Assembly (NCBI GenBank): GCA_964016885.1
Contig: OZ024743.1
Location: 346,332,001 to 346,396,000, forward strand
DNA from: Eledone cirrhosa
Lineage: Eukaryota
Direction of reading: 5' to 3'
Length of the DNA stretch: 64,000 nt
Made by a program: the position numbers and the translations under genes. Shown one piece after another: positions 14,881 to 29,380 of the stretch (its first letter is position 1; each line of letters starts with the position of its first letter). The notes under the pieces are model-generated. The model saw nothing but the letters and a program-made list of their open reading frames with translations, was not told the DNA's origin and ran no database searches.

Positions 14881-14884
<4 letters not shown>
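14768..14884. repeat. Fold-back palindrome (about 117 bp) abutting (TA)n
   Basis: gagaaagtatgacccc..ggggtcatactttctc; centre about 14826; arm contains ..GTC-GAAAC. Confidence 0.9.
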
Positions 14885-14976
<92 letters not shown>

Positions 14977-15050
14977 GTTATTCCGGGTTGAATCGGAGGT
15001 AACCACAGTAAGTAAGGTACTCAATACATAGCAGAGTATAAAAGTTTTAA

Positions 15051-15156
15051 TATAGATGAGATTCTACAGGACTAGAACTGTTTCATTCATTAGAAATCAT
15101 CAGATTCCTGATGATTTCTAATGAATGAAACAGTTCTAGTCCTGAAGAATCTCATC

Positions 15157-15160
<4 letters not shown>
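15051..15160. repeat. Fold-back palindrome centred on hammerhead core
   Basis: Centre TCATCAG-ATTC-CTGATGA (15097-15114), then TTTCTAATGAAT-GAAAC. Confidence 0.9.
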
Positions 15161-15196
<36 letters not shown>

Positions 15197-15402
15197 TATA
15201 TATATATATAGCAAGCCATATCGGATACTGGAATAGTTCCTTTATTTTCCTCAGAAGAAGAGATGTTAATCTAGAAATATTAGGACATATGAATAAATTA
15301 AGATAAAAAAATCAAGCTCTGCCCTGTTTCTTACGATGTAATTATCCTCCGTACACACCAGCATTGTTGTGGCTTTCAAACTTCGAATTTCTTCATATAT
15401 AG

Positions 15403-16156
15403 ACTAGCAGATTTACCCGGCGTTGCTCGGGGTTTGAAATTATGCTAAGAATATACAGCTAGGAAGTAAAAGAAGAACATTAGTGGATTGGCAGTATCGG
15501 TAGAGGGTCGGATGCCATGCTCTGACGTATAGAGTTACGGCCCTTGCCATTCTGAGTTCAAATCCCGCCGAGGTTAACTTTGCCTTTCATCCTTACGGGG
15601 TCGATAAAATAAAGTACCAGTAATACACTGGGTAATTGCTGGCCTTGTGCCTAAAGTAGAAACAATTATTTGTCCCCAACCTGTCAAAATAAGCAGAAGT
15701 CTTCAATAATTAATGCAAACGAATATTTAGTGCAATCTTTGTACACATAAAACTATGCTGAAAATGAATGAAAACACTGAACAGGATGTAGTTATACAAA
15801 TGATTAAACACAATACACGTTGCAAATCTGAAAAAAAAACAGGCAGTTTTGCTAAAGTACAAAAAGTTAAAAACGCGGAATATTTGGTAAAAAGGTTATC
15901 TCCCTTTTTTTATAAGGATTGTCAATAAAGTTTGTTATCTCCCTTACACAATTTTTCTACCGATAATTTTGATATCGATTTTTTGTTGCTCAACATGGGT
16001 CAATTTGAAAAATGTTTGTGATGTAACAATCTTAGCGACCTGTGCAACGTGCACAGAAAATTTGGTCAAATTCAGTTGGTAATTGTGAAAGCCTTATGCA
16101 TGCCAAGTTGTACACAGACACACACACACATCCTCGTTTTTTTTATATATAAAGAT
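15403..16156 (+). mobile_element. Non-autonomous Helitron/HINE (DINE-1-like) element with nested SINE
   Basis: Starts actagcagatttacccggcgttgctcggg (subterminal IR); ends aaatttggtc..(CA)n..ttttatatataaagat. Typical architecture recalled from knowledge. Confidence 0.55.
15482..15670 (+). mobile_element. SINE, near full length
   Basis: Head, B-box gagttcaaatc, core and aaacaattatt tail. Confidence 0.9.
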
Positions 16157-16170
16157 ATATATGAGTTACC

Positions 16171-16352
16171 AAATAATGGTTTCTACTTGGGCACAAGGCC
16201 AGCAATTACCCAGTGCATTACTGGTACTTTATTTTATCGACCCCGTAAGGATGAAAGGCAAAGTTAACCTCGGCGGTATCTGAACTCAAAAAAACTTTGG
16301 CCGTAACTCTATGCGTCAAAGCATGGCTTCCGACCCTCTACCGATACTGCCA
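16171..16352 (-). mobile_element. SINE, near full length
   Basis: Close reverse complement of 15482-15670. Confidence 0.9.
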
Positions 16353-16524
16353 GAAGGGATTAAATCACCAGAATTGTTTATTGCATTATATATATTTCTG
16401 TTACATGGTTATTCATATGACTTCGTCAGATTCTTACGGAATAATTGGGATATGCCGGTGACCATGCATGTCCATCCAGTAGTGAAATGGTTCAGCATAC
16501 ACACATACACACACACACGCGCGC

Positions 16525-16634
<110 letters not shown>

Positions 16635-17402
16635 GGGGGAGAAAGAGAGAGTGTGTGAAACAAGAAAAAATTAATGGACAGAGAGAGACACACACGGACA
16701 GACAAACACAGGTATATATATAGTTATTGAATGCTGATTATATGCAGCAGAGTATTTGTATTAATTTGAAATTGATGAATCACTTCGTTGCTATACAAAA
16801 CTTATAGATTTGTGACTTGACTGAGAACATAAGCACTTCTATTCATTTGTATAGGCGCTTTTTTTTTTGTGTGCGTTGCACGAGCATGTATTTGTGCATA
16901 TATGTCTATTTCCATCAGTGTGTATATCTATATGATTATTTTTTACATTCCAATTTTATATCCCATTGTCTTAGCCACAACAAATAATCTAACCCCACAC
17001 TTAGATCAAAGGAATTACCAGAGGTTGCCAATTGTCTTTCAACTAATCATTCTGTCAATTGAATATTTTATAGGAAAAATTCATGGACAAAACAAGTAAA
17101 TAAATATAACAGAGATAACTGAATTACTAATTCTAGTGAAAAGCAGCAGAATGAATGCCTAACTTCTGCATTTAATTTCACTATCGTTTCTTTCTTTGTA
17201 TACATCTATATATATACATTATTACATTATCCCTCCATCTTTCGTAAGGTTTTCCTGTAAATGCCCTCATCGTTATACTTGCTACATTCCATTTGACCTG
17301 TAAGTTAGTTTCCTTTCGCTTCCTTACGTTCTCCATTCGTCTCCGCAATCTCGCCAACTCTCTCTCTCTCTCTCTCTCTCTCTCACCTTCTCTCTCTCTC
17401 TC

Positions 17403-17447
<45 letters not shown>

Positions 17448-17504
17448 TTCTCTCTCTCTCTCTCTCTCTCTCGTTATGCATGTATATATATATATATAAA
17501 TATA

Positions 17505-17559
<55 letters not shown>

Positions 17560-17629
17560 GTATATATATGTATGTATATATATATGTATATATGTATATA
17601 TATGTATATGCATATATATACATACATAT

Positions 17630-18228
17630 GGTGGCTGCCAACTCGTTTTCGAGTACGGCCACTACCTTATATCCATGTAGGAGAACCCCTACCGATGCGC
17701 TAAACAAGTGTGACTTTTAGTCCAGCCAGCGACTTGAAAACTCTGGTACAAACACTACACCTGTGACAATTATTGACACATAGTGCTGGGCCCTTGGTAC
17801 GATGTGACGACAAGTGCAGAGAGATCTCCAGATATAAAGCAATGCCTGTGCCGTGAAGCTTTTATAGTGAGCAAAGGCACTGCACAAAGCCAGTCCCACT
17901 CTCTTAACCCAAGATGATATTTACCAAAAAGAAGAACAAGTCAACATCATTGGATACCATCAGGGTTGCAGGTGTTATATCAGAGTTTTCCTTCTCCTAG
18001 AATTCTGCCTTGACAAAGGCTAAGGGGTCATCTCTCCCGGTGATTTTGGATGGCCATTGACTCTTAAGAGCTCTTTGCCAGATTTTGTTTTTAGTCCTGC
18101 AGGCTGTCCAAAGTCACCCTCCTCACCAAGAAACCTTGGTGGGGTTGCCAGTTTAGTCGCCAACGACCCGACCATGGGACAGGTTGTACTGGGATACATG
18201 TTACCAGTAGCACCAACTGGTGACCTGA
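17630..18228 (-). mobile_element. RTE-clade LINE 5' region (probable)
   Basis: GC-richer island in (TA)n with gagttttccttctcctag..tgcct..aaggct, resembling reverse-complemented RTE 5' UTRs from memory. Confidence 0.45.
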
Positions 18229-18246
18229 CATATATACATATATACG

Positions 18247-18433
<187 letters not shown>

Positions 18434-20334
18434 ATATATATATATACTGCATAACGAGAGAGAACATATGGTACAAATATTTGCTCGACGGTTCTTATAT
18501 ATTTGATACATATTTATCCTTATCGAGCCCTCTTTGGATTTTAGTCTTCACATTTATTATTATTACTATATATATATATATGTATATATATATAAATATA
18601 CACGGATGTGTATGATTGTGTATAGAAGATTATATTAATAAAAGGAATTCCAACTTTGTCAGATTTACTCGTTTTATTTACAATCCTTTAAAATTATAAG
18701 GATATTATAATGAAATAGTATGGTAGAATATTAAATGTTAAGTGTTAATTGAACAAGTGCTTTCATGCTTTCGCAAACTTCAGGTTCATATTCAGTCAAG
18801 TTTGCAATTTTCAACTGTAATGAGATAGGTGAATTCTGTGCCTTATATATAGTAAAAAGGGCTACAGAATGCTAAGTTTTGCAAACTGTATTTCGACCAA
18901 TCGGTGTGTAGTTTCACTAAATTAAAAAAGCTGATTGGTTTAGGCGTCATGGTTGTTTGAGCATGTCTAACGACTTCTATTTGACCCTACCCAAAGCATC
19001 AATTGTTTTGTTATTTTTAGAAATTATGAAAATATCATTATCTAAGGTTTTTATAAAAAATCTTCAGTAATCATCACCATCAACATCACTTTTATTATTA
19101 TTATTATTGTTGTTGTTGGTAGTGGTGGTGGTCGACATGGTCGTAGGCGTAGTCATAGTAGGAATAAAATCCCTAAGCATTATTATTAATTGCTTCAAAT
19201 TTTTCGGCTGTCTTTTACTAAGAGTCAAAGATCGGTCTGTGATTAAACCTTTTAATTCATTTCTTTGAGCAATGATCGGTAGGTTTACTTTGGCAGTGTT
19301 GAAGATATTCTGGTGAGATGGGTTGTGTGTCATTATAAATGGTATGACCAGTTCTTGGTTTCTTCTTCCTCGAGTTGTCCTAAGTTGTTGTATAGGTATT
19401 TGTATAGCCCGCTGTATGCCATTTTCTATAAGTAGAGATGGGTATTTTTGTTTGAGCAAAAATTCTTTCAGTTCTGTTAGGCATTTGTTCCTGGTATTTG
19501 TATCTTCTACAATGGTACAAATTCTTCTAGCCAGAAGCCATGTCACCAGAATATCTTCAACACTGCCAAAGCAAACCTACGGATCATTGCTCAAAGTAAT
19601 GAATTAAAAGGTTTAATCACAGACCAATCTTTGACTCTTAGTAAATGACAGCCGAAAAATGTGAAGCAATTACTAACAAAGGCAAAGTGTGACCTCAACA
19701 ACAAAGACCAATCATTCACTTATCTAAATGTAATAATAGTCGATGTAGCACATGTCAATACATACACACTGGTCAATATATGAACACAAAAACTGGGAAA
19801 ATATTCCCAAATGCAAATATGAACTGCAAAAGCAGAAATCTAATTTACTGAATTAAATGCCCGAATTGTGAAGAACTATACGCCGGTAGAACTGGAAATG
19901 CACTATCGGAACGTGCACAGATGCACCGACAGCCAATCAGAGACCCAAATGTCCGTCAGATACCCCTGAGTAACCATCTAGCAACATGTGGTCAGAAAAT
20001 ATTTATAATATTTCCATTCTACAAATTACACAGCCCAAGTGAAATCAAGAGAAAAATTAAAGAAAATAATTTTATTGATAAATTCCAACCCAAGCTAAAT
20101 GAACAGTAATAATGCCTAGGGTTAGTACTCCTACTATGACTACGTCTATGACCATGTCGACTACCACCACTAACATTATCAACAACAATAATTATAATAA
20201 AAGTGATGTTGGTGGTGATGATTACTGAAGATTTTTTATAAAATCCCTAGAAAATGCTATTTTCATCATTTCTAAAAATAGCAAATAGGGTCAAATAGAA
20301 GTCGTTAGACATGCTCAACCAACTGTGACGCCTA

Positions 20335-20435
20335 AACCAATCAGCTTTAGTAATCTAGTGAAACTACACACCGATTGGTCGAAATACAGTTTGCAAAATT
20401 AGCATTATGTACCCCCTTTCTATTATATATAAGGC
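20335..20435 (+). promoter_or_regulatory. Putative Pol II promoter in pLTR (two CCAAT boxes, TATA)
   Basis: aaccaatcag, ccgattggtc and tatataagg lie upstream of the hammerhead and are retained in the inverted arm. Confidence 0.4.
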
Positions 20436-20494
20436 ACAGAATTTACCCATCTCATTACAGTTGAAAATTGCAAACTTGACTGTCACCACTGAAT

Positions 20495-20534
20495 ATGAAC
20501 CTGAAGATTGCGAAAGCATGAAAGCACTTGTTCA
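20495..20534 (+). ncRNA. Hammerhead motif in the PLE pLTR
   Basis: TGAAC-CTGAAGA-TTGCGAAAGCAT-GAAAG-CA-CTT-GTTCA; stem I TGAAC/GTTCA. Confidence 0.7.
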
Positions 20535-20696
20535 ATTAACACTTAACATTTAATATTCTACCATACTATTTCATTTTAATATCATTATAATTTTAAAGGA
20601 TTGTAAATATAACGAGTAAATCTGACAAAGTTGGAATTCCTTTTATTAATATATATATATATAGGTGTGTTTATCTATCCATCGTCAACCGTTTAG

Positions 20697-21717
20697 TAAA
20701 AATCTAATTAGAAAATATATTTCTGCAAACCTACCTATTAATTATAATTTATATTGCATGAGATGATATATTTGTTTCCTGTATATCTTTATATATATAT
20801 ATATATACAATAAGGTATATCCATGGAATCATTTGATAAAATATATACACCATCTCCTCTCCCAATCAGCATAATCAACCACACAAAAAAACAATTATAT
20901 ATATATAATACATTAACAGAGAAAGCTTTTAGCGATACTCCGACCAACTCCCATCTCACTCAACAAACATTAGGATATACCTGAGTATAATTCCAATTAT
21001 GCGTTTGGGGTGCTAACTATATTGTATTTCGTGGATAGTCGGCTGTATTATTTTATATGAGATATAATTAAATAAATCTCTTTTTCCATACGACCGTTTC
21101 GTTATAAGATTTCTACAAGGTGGGGAAATAATCTCCAAGTTATGTAGAAGCTTGCATATAATCCATAGATTTCCATGCAAGGGGGCTCTTATAATTCTTC
21201 AGTGGAGGCCCAAATAATATCAATATAAAAAAAATACATTGATATTAATATTCAGCGATGGTCTCCGTCAGTGCTAGAATATCCGCTAAGTTTGGAAGTC
21301 CAGTAGTCCTTCAAAAAGAAATTTCACACTGTCGCCAAATGGGAAGGGGAGGTCATCGTAAAACATAAAATAATATACACGTAGGTCATTGAACCCTATT
21401 AGGAATTCCAACCACGTGTGAAGAACTGAACTGGATATAAAAAAAATAAAACTATGTACATATTATTTATATATACATAGAGGTATTTTCTCAGGCAAAA
21501 TAACAGATATGAGATACAGGAAGCAACAATGAATATTTCATATAAAGAATAAATAAAGATAGTCATACATAAATATCTGAAAATATTCATATCTGGGCAT
21601 CCAAGAGTATAATACTTAATACATTAACAAAAAAGCTTTTAGCGATACTCCCACCAACTCCCATCTCACTCAACAAACATTAGGATATACCTGAGTAAAT
21701 CCCAATTATGTGTTTGG

Positions 21718-21771
<54 letters not shown>

Positions 21772-21866
21772 ATAAATACAGGAAACAAAGATATCATCTC
21801 ATGCAATATAAATTATAATTAATAGGTAGGTCCGCAGAAATATATTTTCTAATTAGATTTTTACTG
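20697..21866 (-). mobile_element. Composite pLTR modules: inverted pair 20697-20785/21775-21866, direct pair 20905-21012/21618-21720, hammerhead about 21086-21205
   Basis: Minus strand reads TCCA-CTGAAGA-ATTATAAG..CTTATAAC-GAAAC-GGTC-GTA-TGGA. Confidence 0.7.
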
Positions 21867-22024
21867 ACGATGAATATATATATATATAAAGCATTATGTG
21901 CCTCTTGACATTTTTATTTTTTCCAATATCCACGTGTTTTTCACAAAAAAGAAAATGTTTTCATTCCGTTCACTTTTCCTATCTTTTTATTTTATCTTTT
22001 ATTTCTCTTCGTAACTTTTGATAA

Positions 22025-22203
22025 AATAATTGTTTCTACTTTTGGCACAAGGCCAGCAATTACCCAGTACATTACTGGTACTTTATTTGCGGATTAAAGG
22101 CAAAGTTAACCTCGACGGGATTTGAACTCAGACCGTAAAGGGACGTAACTATGCTGGAAAGCATGGCGTCCGAATCTACCGATACTGCCAATCCACCGCC
22201 CTG
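22025..22203 (-). mobile_element. SINE, same family
   Basis: Reverse complement of the family consensus with an internal deletion. Confidence 0.85.
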
Positions 22204-24940
22204 ATGATAAAATAATAGTGCCCAAAATGTTAAGACACTTTTCCTCTTGTATCAAGCGTTAAATTAATATACTTATTGAACTGTGTCGTTTGCTTTATCA
22301 TTTCTGTTTACTTTTTTGCATACACACATACACACACAGTGTTTGAGTGTAAATAAACACGGGTGATTTTAATTACGGCATCTGTGGATGATTTTGAAAA
22401 TAGAATGAAAATCTTTAACAGTATTTTGACTTCAGAAAAGAGTGTATTAACAGGACATATGAGCCCCCATCAGGGAAAAAATGGGCATCATCACACACGA
22501 GACTCGAACCCACACCTCGTATTGTCCGTATAAGTGAAGTAGCCCGATTAAACCAGCCAAGTAACACTAACGTTTCCAATATATTTAGATTAGCTAATAT
22601 TGTGTTATCTGTCATGATTGCTCGATTGTTGTCATGTTGAAACAGTTAACTAATAGACTTCATAATCCACGGGATATATATTCCTCAAATACATTCATCT
22701 GTTTATTTTACAACATGATATAACTATGTTTATGAATTTATGCATATTATTTAGTAATATTGTAGACCAACATTAATTAGTTTCTTGCAGTAAAAATGTT
22801 ACAGGATTTTAATGTTGATTGACTATGAATATTTTGAGATTTATTTAAAATTTGGAAGCACGTTTAGCAAATGAATCCATACAGTGTTGTTATTAGCAGC
22901 AGTATTGCATTGAGATCGATTTAATCCCCTTCAAATTGCTGGCCTAAAACAGAAACAAGTATTGTTGTTGTTGGTGTTGTTGTTGGTGGTGGTGGTGGTG
23001 GTGGTGGTGGTGGTGGTGGTAGTGGTGGGGTAGGGGTGACGATGATTTGCCCCAGATCAAACATCTTTAAACACATAACAAAGACATCCCAGCCGTGACC
23101 TGTCGATTTAAGGCTATGTATGGATACATCGTTTAATTTGTTTTTCCTTATTTATGATAGTTGGGATTTATTTGAGGATGTTTTGGTTGTTTAGTCAATC
23201 TGGTCGAGTGAATACATAAACACTCTCTTGCAGCCTCGTGAGTCAATGGATAAACTCTATTAGCAGTCTTTACGGCAACCATTTTAGACGATCTTCACTC
23301 ATTGTAGAGATGGGTGACTCCTGTATCATTTAATGAGAGTATTGAAATTATAGATGTTCTCAAGGTTTACTGTGCACAAGTAGTCTTATATATTTAAAGG
23401 ATATCTGGCCATGACAAACCCGTATTACCTAATAATTTTTCTCTTCTTTTAAGATTCTGATATGAGATATGAAAGAGCTCTGATATCTATGAGCTCTTCC
23501 GTTATTTCATAAAGGAGTTATTTCATGAAATAGAAATTAAATGGTGTTTAATGATATGCTATTTTACGTTCTATGGAAAAGTTTTGTATATTGAAGGGAA
23601 ATGTGGGTACAATGTTAGAATATATTTAAAACGCTAGTTTTGATATTAAAAGATATCGTGTGATGAAGAAAACATTGTTAAGTACAGGAATTTTACAAAA
23701 AAAAAAACATTTGCTAGTGGAAGAAGTCAGGTATTTTTGGAGTAAGGTCCTATTTGAATATAACTTTTTGAATTCCCGTAAAAACGGAAAACTCGTAATA
23801 AATACCATACAAAATATATCTACATATAAGTTCTGGTGTCGAGATTCGTATTGATGAAACACCAATCAGCAGTGGTAAAAATGTGAAATGGAAGAGATAT
23901 GTAGAAGGAACAGGGTGTTCTAAATCATGAAATCTGACCGACGTTACTTAATATTAGTGGAGGAGATGAAGGTGGGAATCGTGGGCGTCGTCATGGTTGT
24001 GGTGGGATATATCTAGTTGAAATAGAGTTATTCTTCGCTATAATTTATATTTCTTTATTGGGACCGCGTGACGTTCACATTGGCATCAAACAAGTATCAA
24101 GAAAAATCCAGCAAGATTGCATTCTATTTATTATTCAAAGCATAAATAAAAGCCAGGAATTTTCACAGCTAAACAATTGTACAAGATCGAAACAACCCTA
24201 ATAATTCAAAGAAAAACCAATAAACATGGAATCTGTTGTAAATAAATGATTTGAAATAGAAAAAAATAAAAATAAAAATATATATTGGCAACATTTTTAT
24301 TTTCCTTTTTTTTCTATGTTTGACTATTGTTATTTCCATTTTGTTTTCTTTTTCCTCTACTCAGCAAGTTTAATGGTTGGGACAAAACTTGGCTCAGTTC
24401 TCTAAAAATTCCATGCAAATGTGGCAAATTCCCACGTCTCCCAAAGAGTTTCCTTGTAAAAGAAGCATAAATTTTGGTAAATGTTGAATAAGATACCAAT
24501 GAATAGAATATTTTTGCTTTATTCGAATCAGAGAAGATTTGATGGCCAATTTAAACATCTAAATATCTACTTTCAATTTTGAAATATTTCGTACGTAGTT
24601 AAAAGCAATAAATAAAGTGTTCGTCTTCATCTTTTTTTTTTTGTTATTGCTCGTTTTTCTTTTTCTTTATCCTCTTGATCAACATCATCATCGTCTTCTA
24701 CATTCCTTTTCCTCTTCCCCTCCCTAGTATTTCTCATCCTCCTCCTCTTTCTCCTCCCCTTCTCCTACTCTTCTTCTACAGCTTCATCACGACTACTCTA
24801 GTGCTTGCTCTGCATCCCCCTCTTGTCGTACATAAAAATGTAACTTACATCGTAATCTAACTTTTGCAAATAACGACTTGGCAGATGAGAATTCTTTCGA
24901 ACCCATCCCTTCTCTCTCTCCCTCATAGTCTCTGCCCCTA

Positions 24941-25037
<97 letters not shown>

Positions 25038-25206
25038 ATCCTTTCTCTGAATCACCCCCCCCCCTCTCTCTCTCTCTTTCTATCTCTCTTTCTCTCTCTC
25101 TCTCTTTATCAGAATTTCCCAGCGACCGATTTTTTAAGAATTTCTGTGTTTTTTTCAAGGCGGTTTATTAAATAGGTATGGCCGTAATATGTGCATATAT
25201 TCACAG

Positions 25207-25343
<137 letters not shown>

Positions 25344-25570
25344 GAGAGGAGAAAGAGAGAGAGAGAGGGGGGGGGATGATAAAATGATATAGTTTTTTTG
25401 CGTATAAAATATTATTGTATACCATTAGATAGACACATACCATGCAAACATACATGGATTTACACGTAGATACACATACTTCGTTGGTTTTGTTTATGTA
25501 TTCGAATCTGGACACCTCTACGAATAATCGTTTTCTACAATACATAGGTATCATGTGTGCGTATATGAGC

Positions 25571-25652
<82 letters not shown>

Positions 25653-26777
25653 TGTATATATGTTCGCGTGTGCGTGTCAGTATTTGTATATTTGTATATA
25701 TTACAGAACATATATATGTGTGTATATATGCTTTTGTCTATATGACTAAATATGTGAATGTGCATTGCATTACATTACATTAATTTCCTAGCTTCAGATG
25801 AAGTATCGTAAAGGTGTTTTGACAAACGACATTGCAAGTTTGCAATCTGATTAATTCGCTACCATAACAGTAATTAGAACGTGATAAACTATTTCATATA
25901 ACTCGTTCATCTCTAGACAAGTGAAATATATTAAAGACAGCGTGGAATGTTTTGCGCTATTGCTATATCTCATGATGTTTTGTTAATAGGTGTTTGTTTT
26001 TGTTGTATATTATTTTTTATTGCTGCTACTGCACTGTTGTTTAGACACTAATTAAGCACATCTATGATCAAAGGCATTCCTGCCGTGACCGTTAATGCTA
26101 TATCTTTTATTTTTTCATATGGTAGACTACATTATCTAACGTGTGTGATATTCATAGCACGTGGAAAGGCCGTGTAAAATATACTTTGTTGGTTCTCATT
26201 GTTCTTATTTGTATAGATTTGTGTTGTTTAGGTCACCAATAATTCGTGAGATTAGTGAACAATGGTATTCCAATGTTCTACATTACATGATGTGTGAATT
26301 ACAGCTCGTCGAGTAGCTATTTAAGGGTATGCTTCGTTGGCTCCTTTTGTTTTGTTGTGTAACCCCAGGTCATCCATTTCCAATTGAGACGGCCTATAAT
26401 CTCCTGTTTTTTTCAGATAGTGATCTACATTATCTATTGTGCATTTTCTTCGGGGCAGAACCGAATCAGTGGAGTAAGATAATCCACGTATATATATATA
26501 TATATATAAACCAATCGAAGATATATATCTTTCGAAAAGGTCCAGGTTCGTATTTAACCTGCTTGTATTTTCATTGTTGTAGTGGCTTCTGAGGTTGTGT
26601 CCCCTTACCCACAATTTTCAATTTGTCACGCCTTTAACGTATGTTTATTTCTCTGAGATGTAACTTATTGACTTAACGATATTTTCTTATTGAGTGCTTT
26701 GTACATAGCTTCCGAATATTGTTTTTTTCGAGGATGCTTCCCAAAGGCTGCAACTTCGATTTTAGTAGTCACTTTTA

Positions 26778-26824
<47 letters not shown>

Positions 26825-26959
26825 TTATTTATAACATGTGGAGAAGGAGCACACGAGTTGGAATATATATATGAACATAGGGAGATAAAGACGATTAATG
26901 GGAAGAAAAATATTATTTTTTCCTTTTATTTTTTTCTCTTTTTTCTTGGTTAGAAAATG

Positions 26960-28850
26960 TTTAAAACAAAATATTTTACTTTGTGTGAAGTGTTAAAGTA
27001 TTAGTTAATTTATTTATTAATTAACAATGGCATTTATTTATTTATTTATATATTTAATAATTGTCTATTACCGGTTTCAGCATTTTATGCATTATCAAAG
27101 GGGGGAATTTGTATTGGTTTAAAATGTTGGTGATGTTGAACATGTTAAGAAAGAATAATGTTATTTACAAACAAGGTTTTTGAAGTGCAAAGAAAAAAGA
27201 AAAAAAAAGGGGGTAATGTGAAACATGATAAGGTAATGGGAAAGAAAAAAATAATATTATTTACAGGCATAGTTCTTGAAGTTATGCAGTTCGAAATGTG
27301 TTATTATAGCAAGAGTGCTTAGTTGATCCAATGGAGGCAAATGGTAGTCTGGGGTTTGATATGATTTCCCTTTTTAGAGATTTAATATGCAGAGGGAGGT
27401 AATTCAGGATGGTCAGGTAGGGGAGAGAGAAATGAGAGTGGGTAATTCATTTATATAAGAAAAAGGATTAGGTAGGGTGTGAGAGAGGTAACTCTTTAGA
27501 GAACATAGGAATTAGGTTTTCGTTCATTGTTCGTTCCAGTTTTAGTTTAGTCCGAAGTTTAGTCCATTAAGAAGAGGTTGGAATTTGTTAATGAAGTACG
27601 TTTTCTTATTGGTACGATGGAGGAAAGAAGCGTTGTCTATGAATTTGTAAATGGGGAAAATTTAACTAACAATTGGCGATATGTTCACTAAAAGCAATCT
27701 TTCTGTATTCCTGTATTTTGATTTGTGATCTATGGACGGTCATACGATGTAGGGGGCTGTTTTTGTCTGTCCTATGTAGTGCTCTTGACAACCTGAGCAG
27801 GTCAAACCATGGATTAGGTTTTCAGAAGCACATGTAAAGTTGTGTTTAACTGTGAAATGTTGTCCTTGCTTAAAATGGAATGTTGAACCATCTATTAGAT
27901 TTATGCATATGCCACAGTTGGGCCTTCCGCATCGTTTTACTGTAGGGTTCATTGTGAGGTTTGCTTGGATTTTGGCTTGTGTGAGGATGTTTTTTATGGA
28001 TTTAGGTTGTCTTTTGCTCTTTATGATGTTGTGTGTTTGGAGGATTTTGTTCATTCTTGGGTCTCTTTTTAGTAAGGGAATGTTCTGGAGGATGGTGTCG
28101 AATAACTCATTGTTGAGGGGGGTTGTGTGTGGAGATGTATAGTAGAGTTTTCAGTTGCGGTTCATTCCTGGGTTGAGTTTTAGGATGTTGAGTTTTGGCT
28201 AGGTTATAAGGAATTGCCATTTTGGTATGTCGAGGGTGGCAGGAGTTAAATGGAAGATATTGTTTGGCGTCTGTGGGTTTGTAGTATATGTCTGTTTCTA
28301 TTTTGTTGTTTGTTTTCTTGATGAGGATGTCGAGGAAAGGGAGTTGTTCTTGGCTGTAATCCATTGTAAATTGCAAGTTTCTGTTGAGTCCATTTAGAAG
28401 GGTTTTAAGCTCAATCAGTATTTTTATACTTTCATGCCAGAGGATGAACGAGCCGTCCAGATATCTCTTCCATGTTTTTTCTATGTGTAGGTAGAAGTGG
28501 TTGTCTAGAACTTTGCGGTAGAGGGGTGGTTTCCAAATATCCCATTACAAGGTTGGCGTATTCTTTAGGAATGCACTGTGGAAGTTCACTAGGGAAATTT
28601 TCAAGCCAGAATTGTATTGCTTCTATACGTAGGTTGTGTGGGATATTGGAATATAGATTGATGACATCAAAGGTTACTAGTAGGGTATGTTCATTATTAA
28701 GTGTTGTTGGGTGGTGGTTGAGCATGTCAAGAGCGTCCCTTATGAAGTGTTTATGTGTTTTAGGAAAGGTTTAAGCAGAATATCTAGGAAGTTGCTTAGG
28801 CGGTGGGTGTCACATATGGTACCTGCTATTATGGGTCTTAATTTAAGGTG
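26960..28850 (-). mobile_element. Penelope-like element, decayed RT + GIY-YIG + pLTR
   Basis: Fragments VTFDVINLYSNIP, YANLVMGYLE, LPFLDILI..YYKPTD..SCHP, CGRPNCGIC..NLIHGLTCSGCQEHYIGQT. Hammerhead-like TTGATAA..GAAACCGGTA near 27065-27100. Confidence 0.92.
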
Positions 28851-28859
28851 AGGCCCCAA

Positions 28860-29260
28860 TCTTACGCAGAGAAAAGTATACTACTATAAGAAAAGGAACA
28901 AATATTCAGTGTTGCATCTTAACATATATAATAAAATGTTACATATGTTTCACAAACGATCAGCTCTAGGAACAATATATTATTGAATGAACCTGACTCT
29001 GTAATCGAATGATCATCAGATATGCTTCCGTATGTGAGCTCGTCTCTTGTTTTTGTGTACTGTGTCAGAACAAAGGAGAGACACACAGAATTAAAAAAAA
29101 CCTAATGACTGAGGAGGTCATGGAATGTGTTTGACAATATATAAACAACCTTCCGCTTATTGAACCAACCAACCGTAAATTCATAAATAAATTAAAGTGA
29201 AAACCCACAGGAGCGTGTGTTTTTTATTGGCAGCATGACCCTCCCAAATTATAACAATAT
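28860..29260 (-). mobile_element. pLTR-like module with hammerhead motif (about 28938-29022)
   Basis: Minus strand CTGATGA..GAAAC-ATAT-GTA; stem I imperfect. Confidence 0.5.
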
Positions 29261-29319
29261 ACACACGCACATACACACACACACACAAACACACTTACAC
29301 ACACACACATACACGCGCA

Positions 29320-29375
<56 letters not shown>

Positions 29376-29380
29376 CATAT

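Larger units (their letters stand above)
18631..20651 (+). mobile_element. Penelope-like element 3' end with inverted 5' arm
   Basis: 19545-20109 encodes CNNSRCSTC..NLIY*IKCPNCEELYAGRT..H..KENNFIDKFQPKLN (GIY-YIG with CCHH). 18631-19540 is an inverted, internally deleted copy (RT thumb plus pLTR). Stops present. Confidence 0.9.

Noticed and set aside
22470-22565. tRNA gene on the minus strand
   Set aside because: Only a B-box-like ggttcgagtc is present and no cloverleaf could be folded; probably a decayed SINE head.
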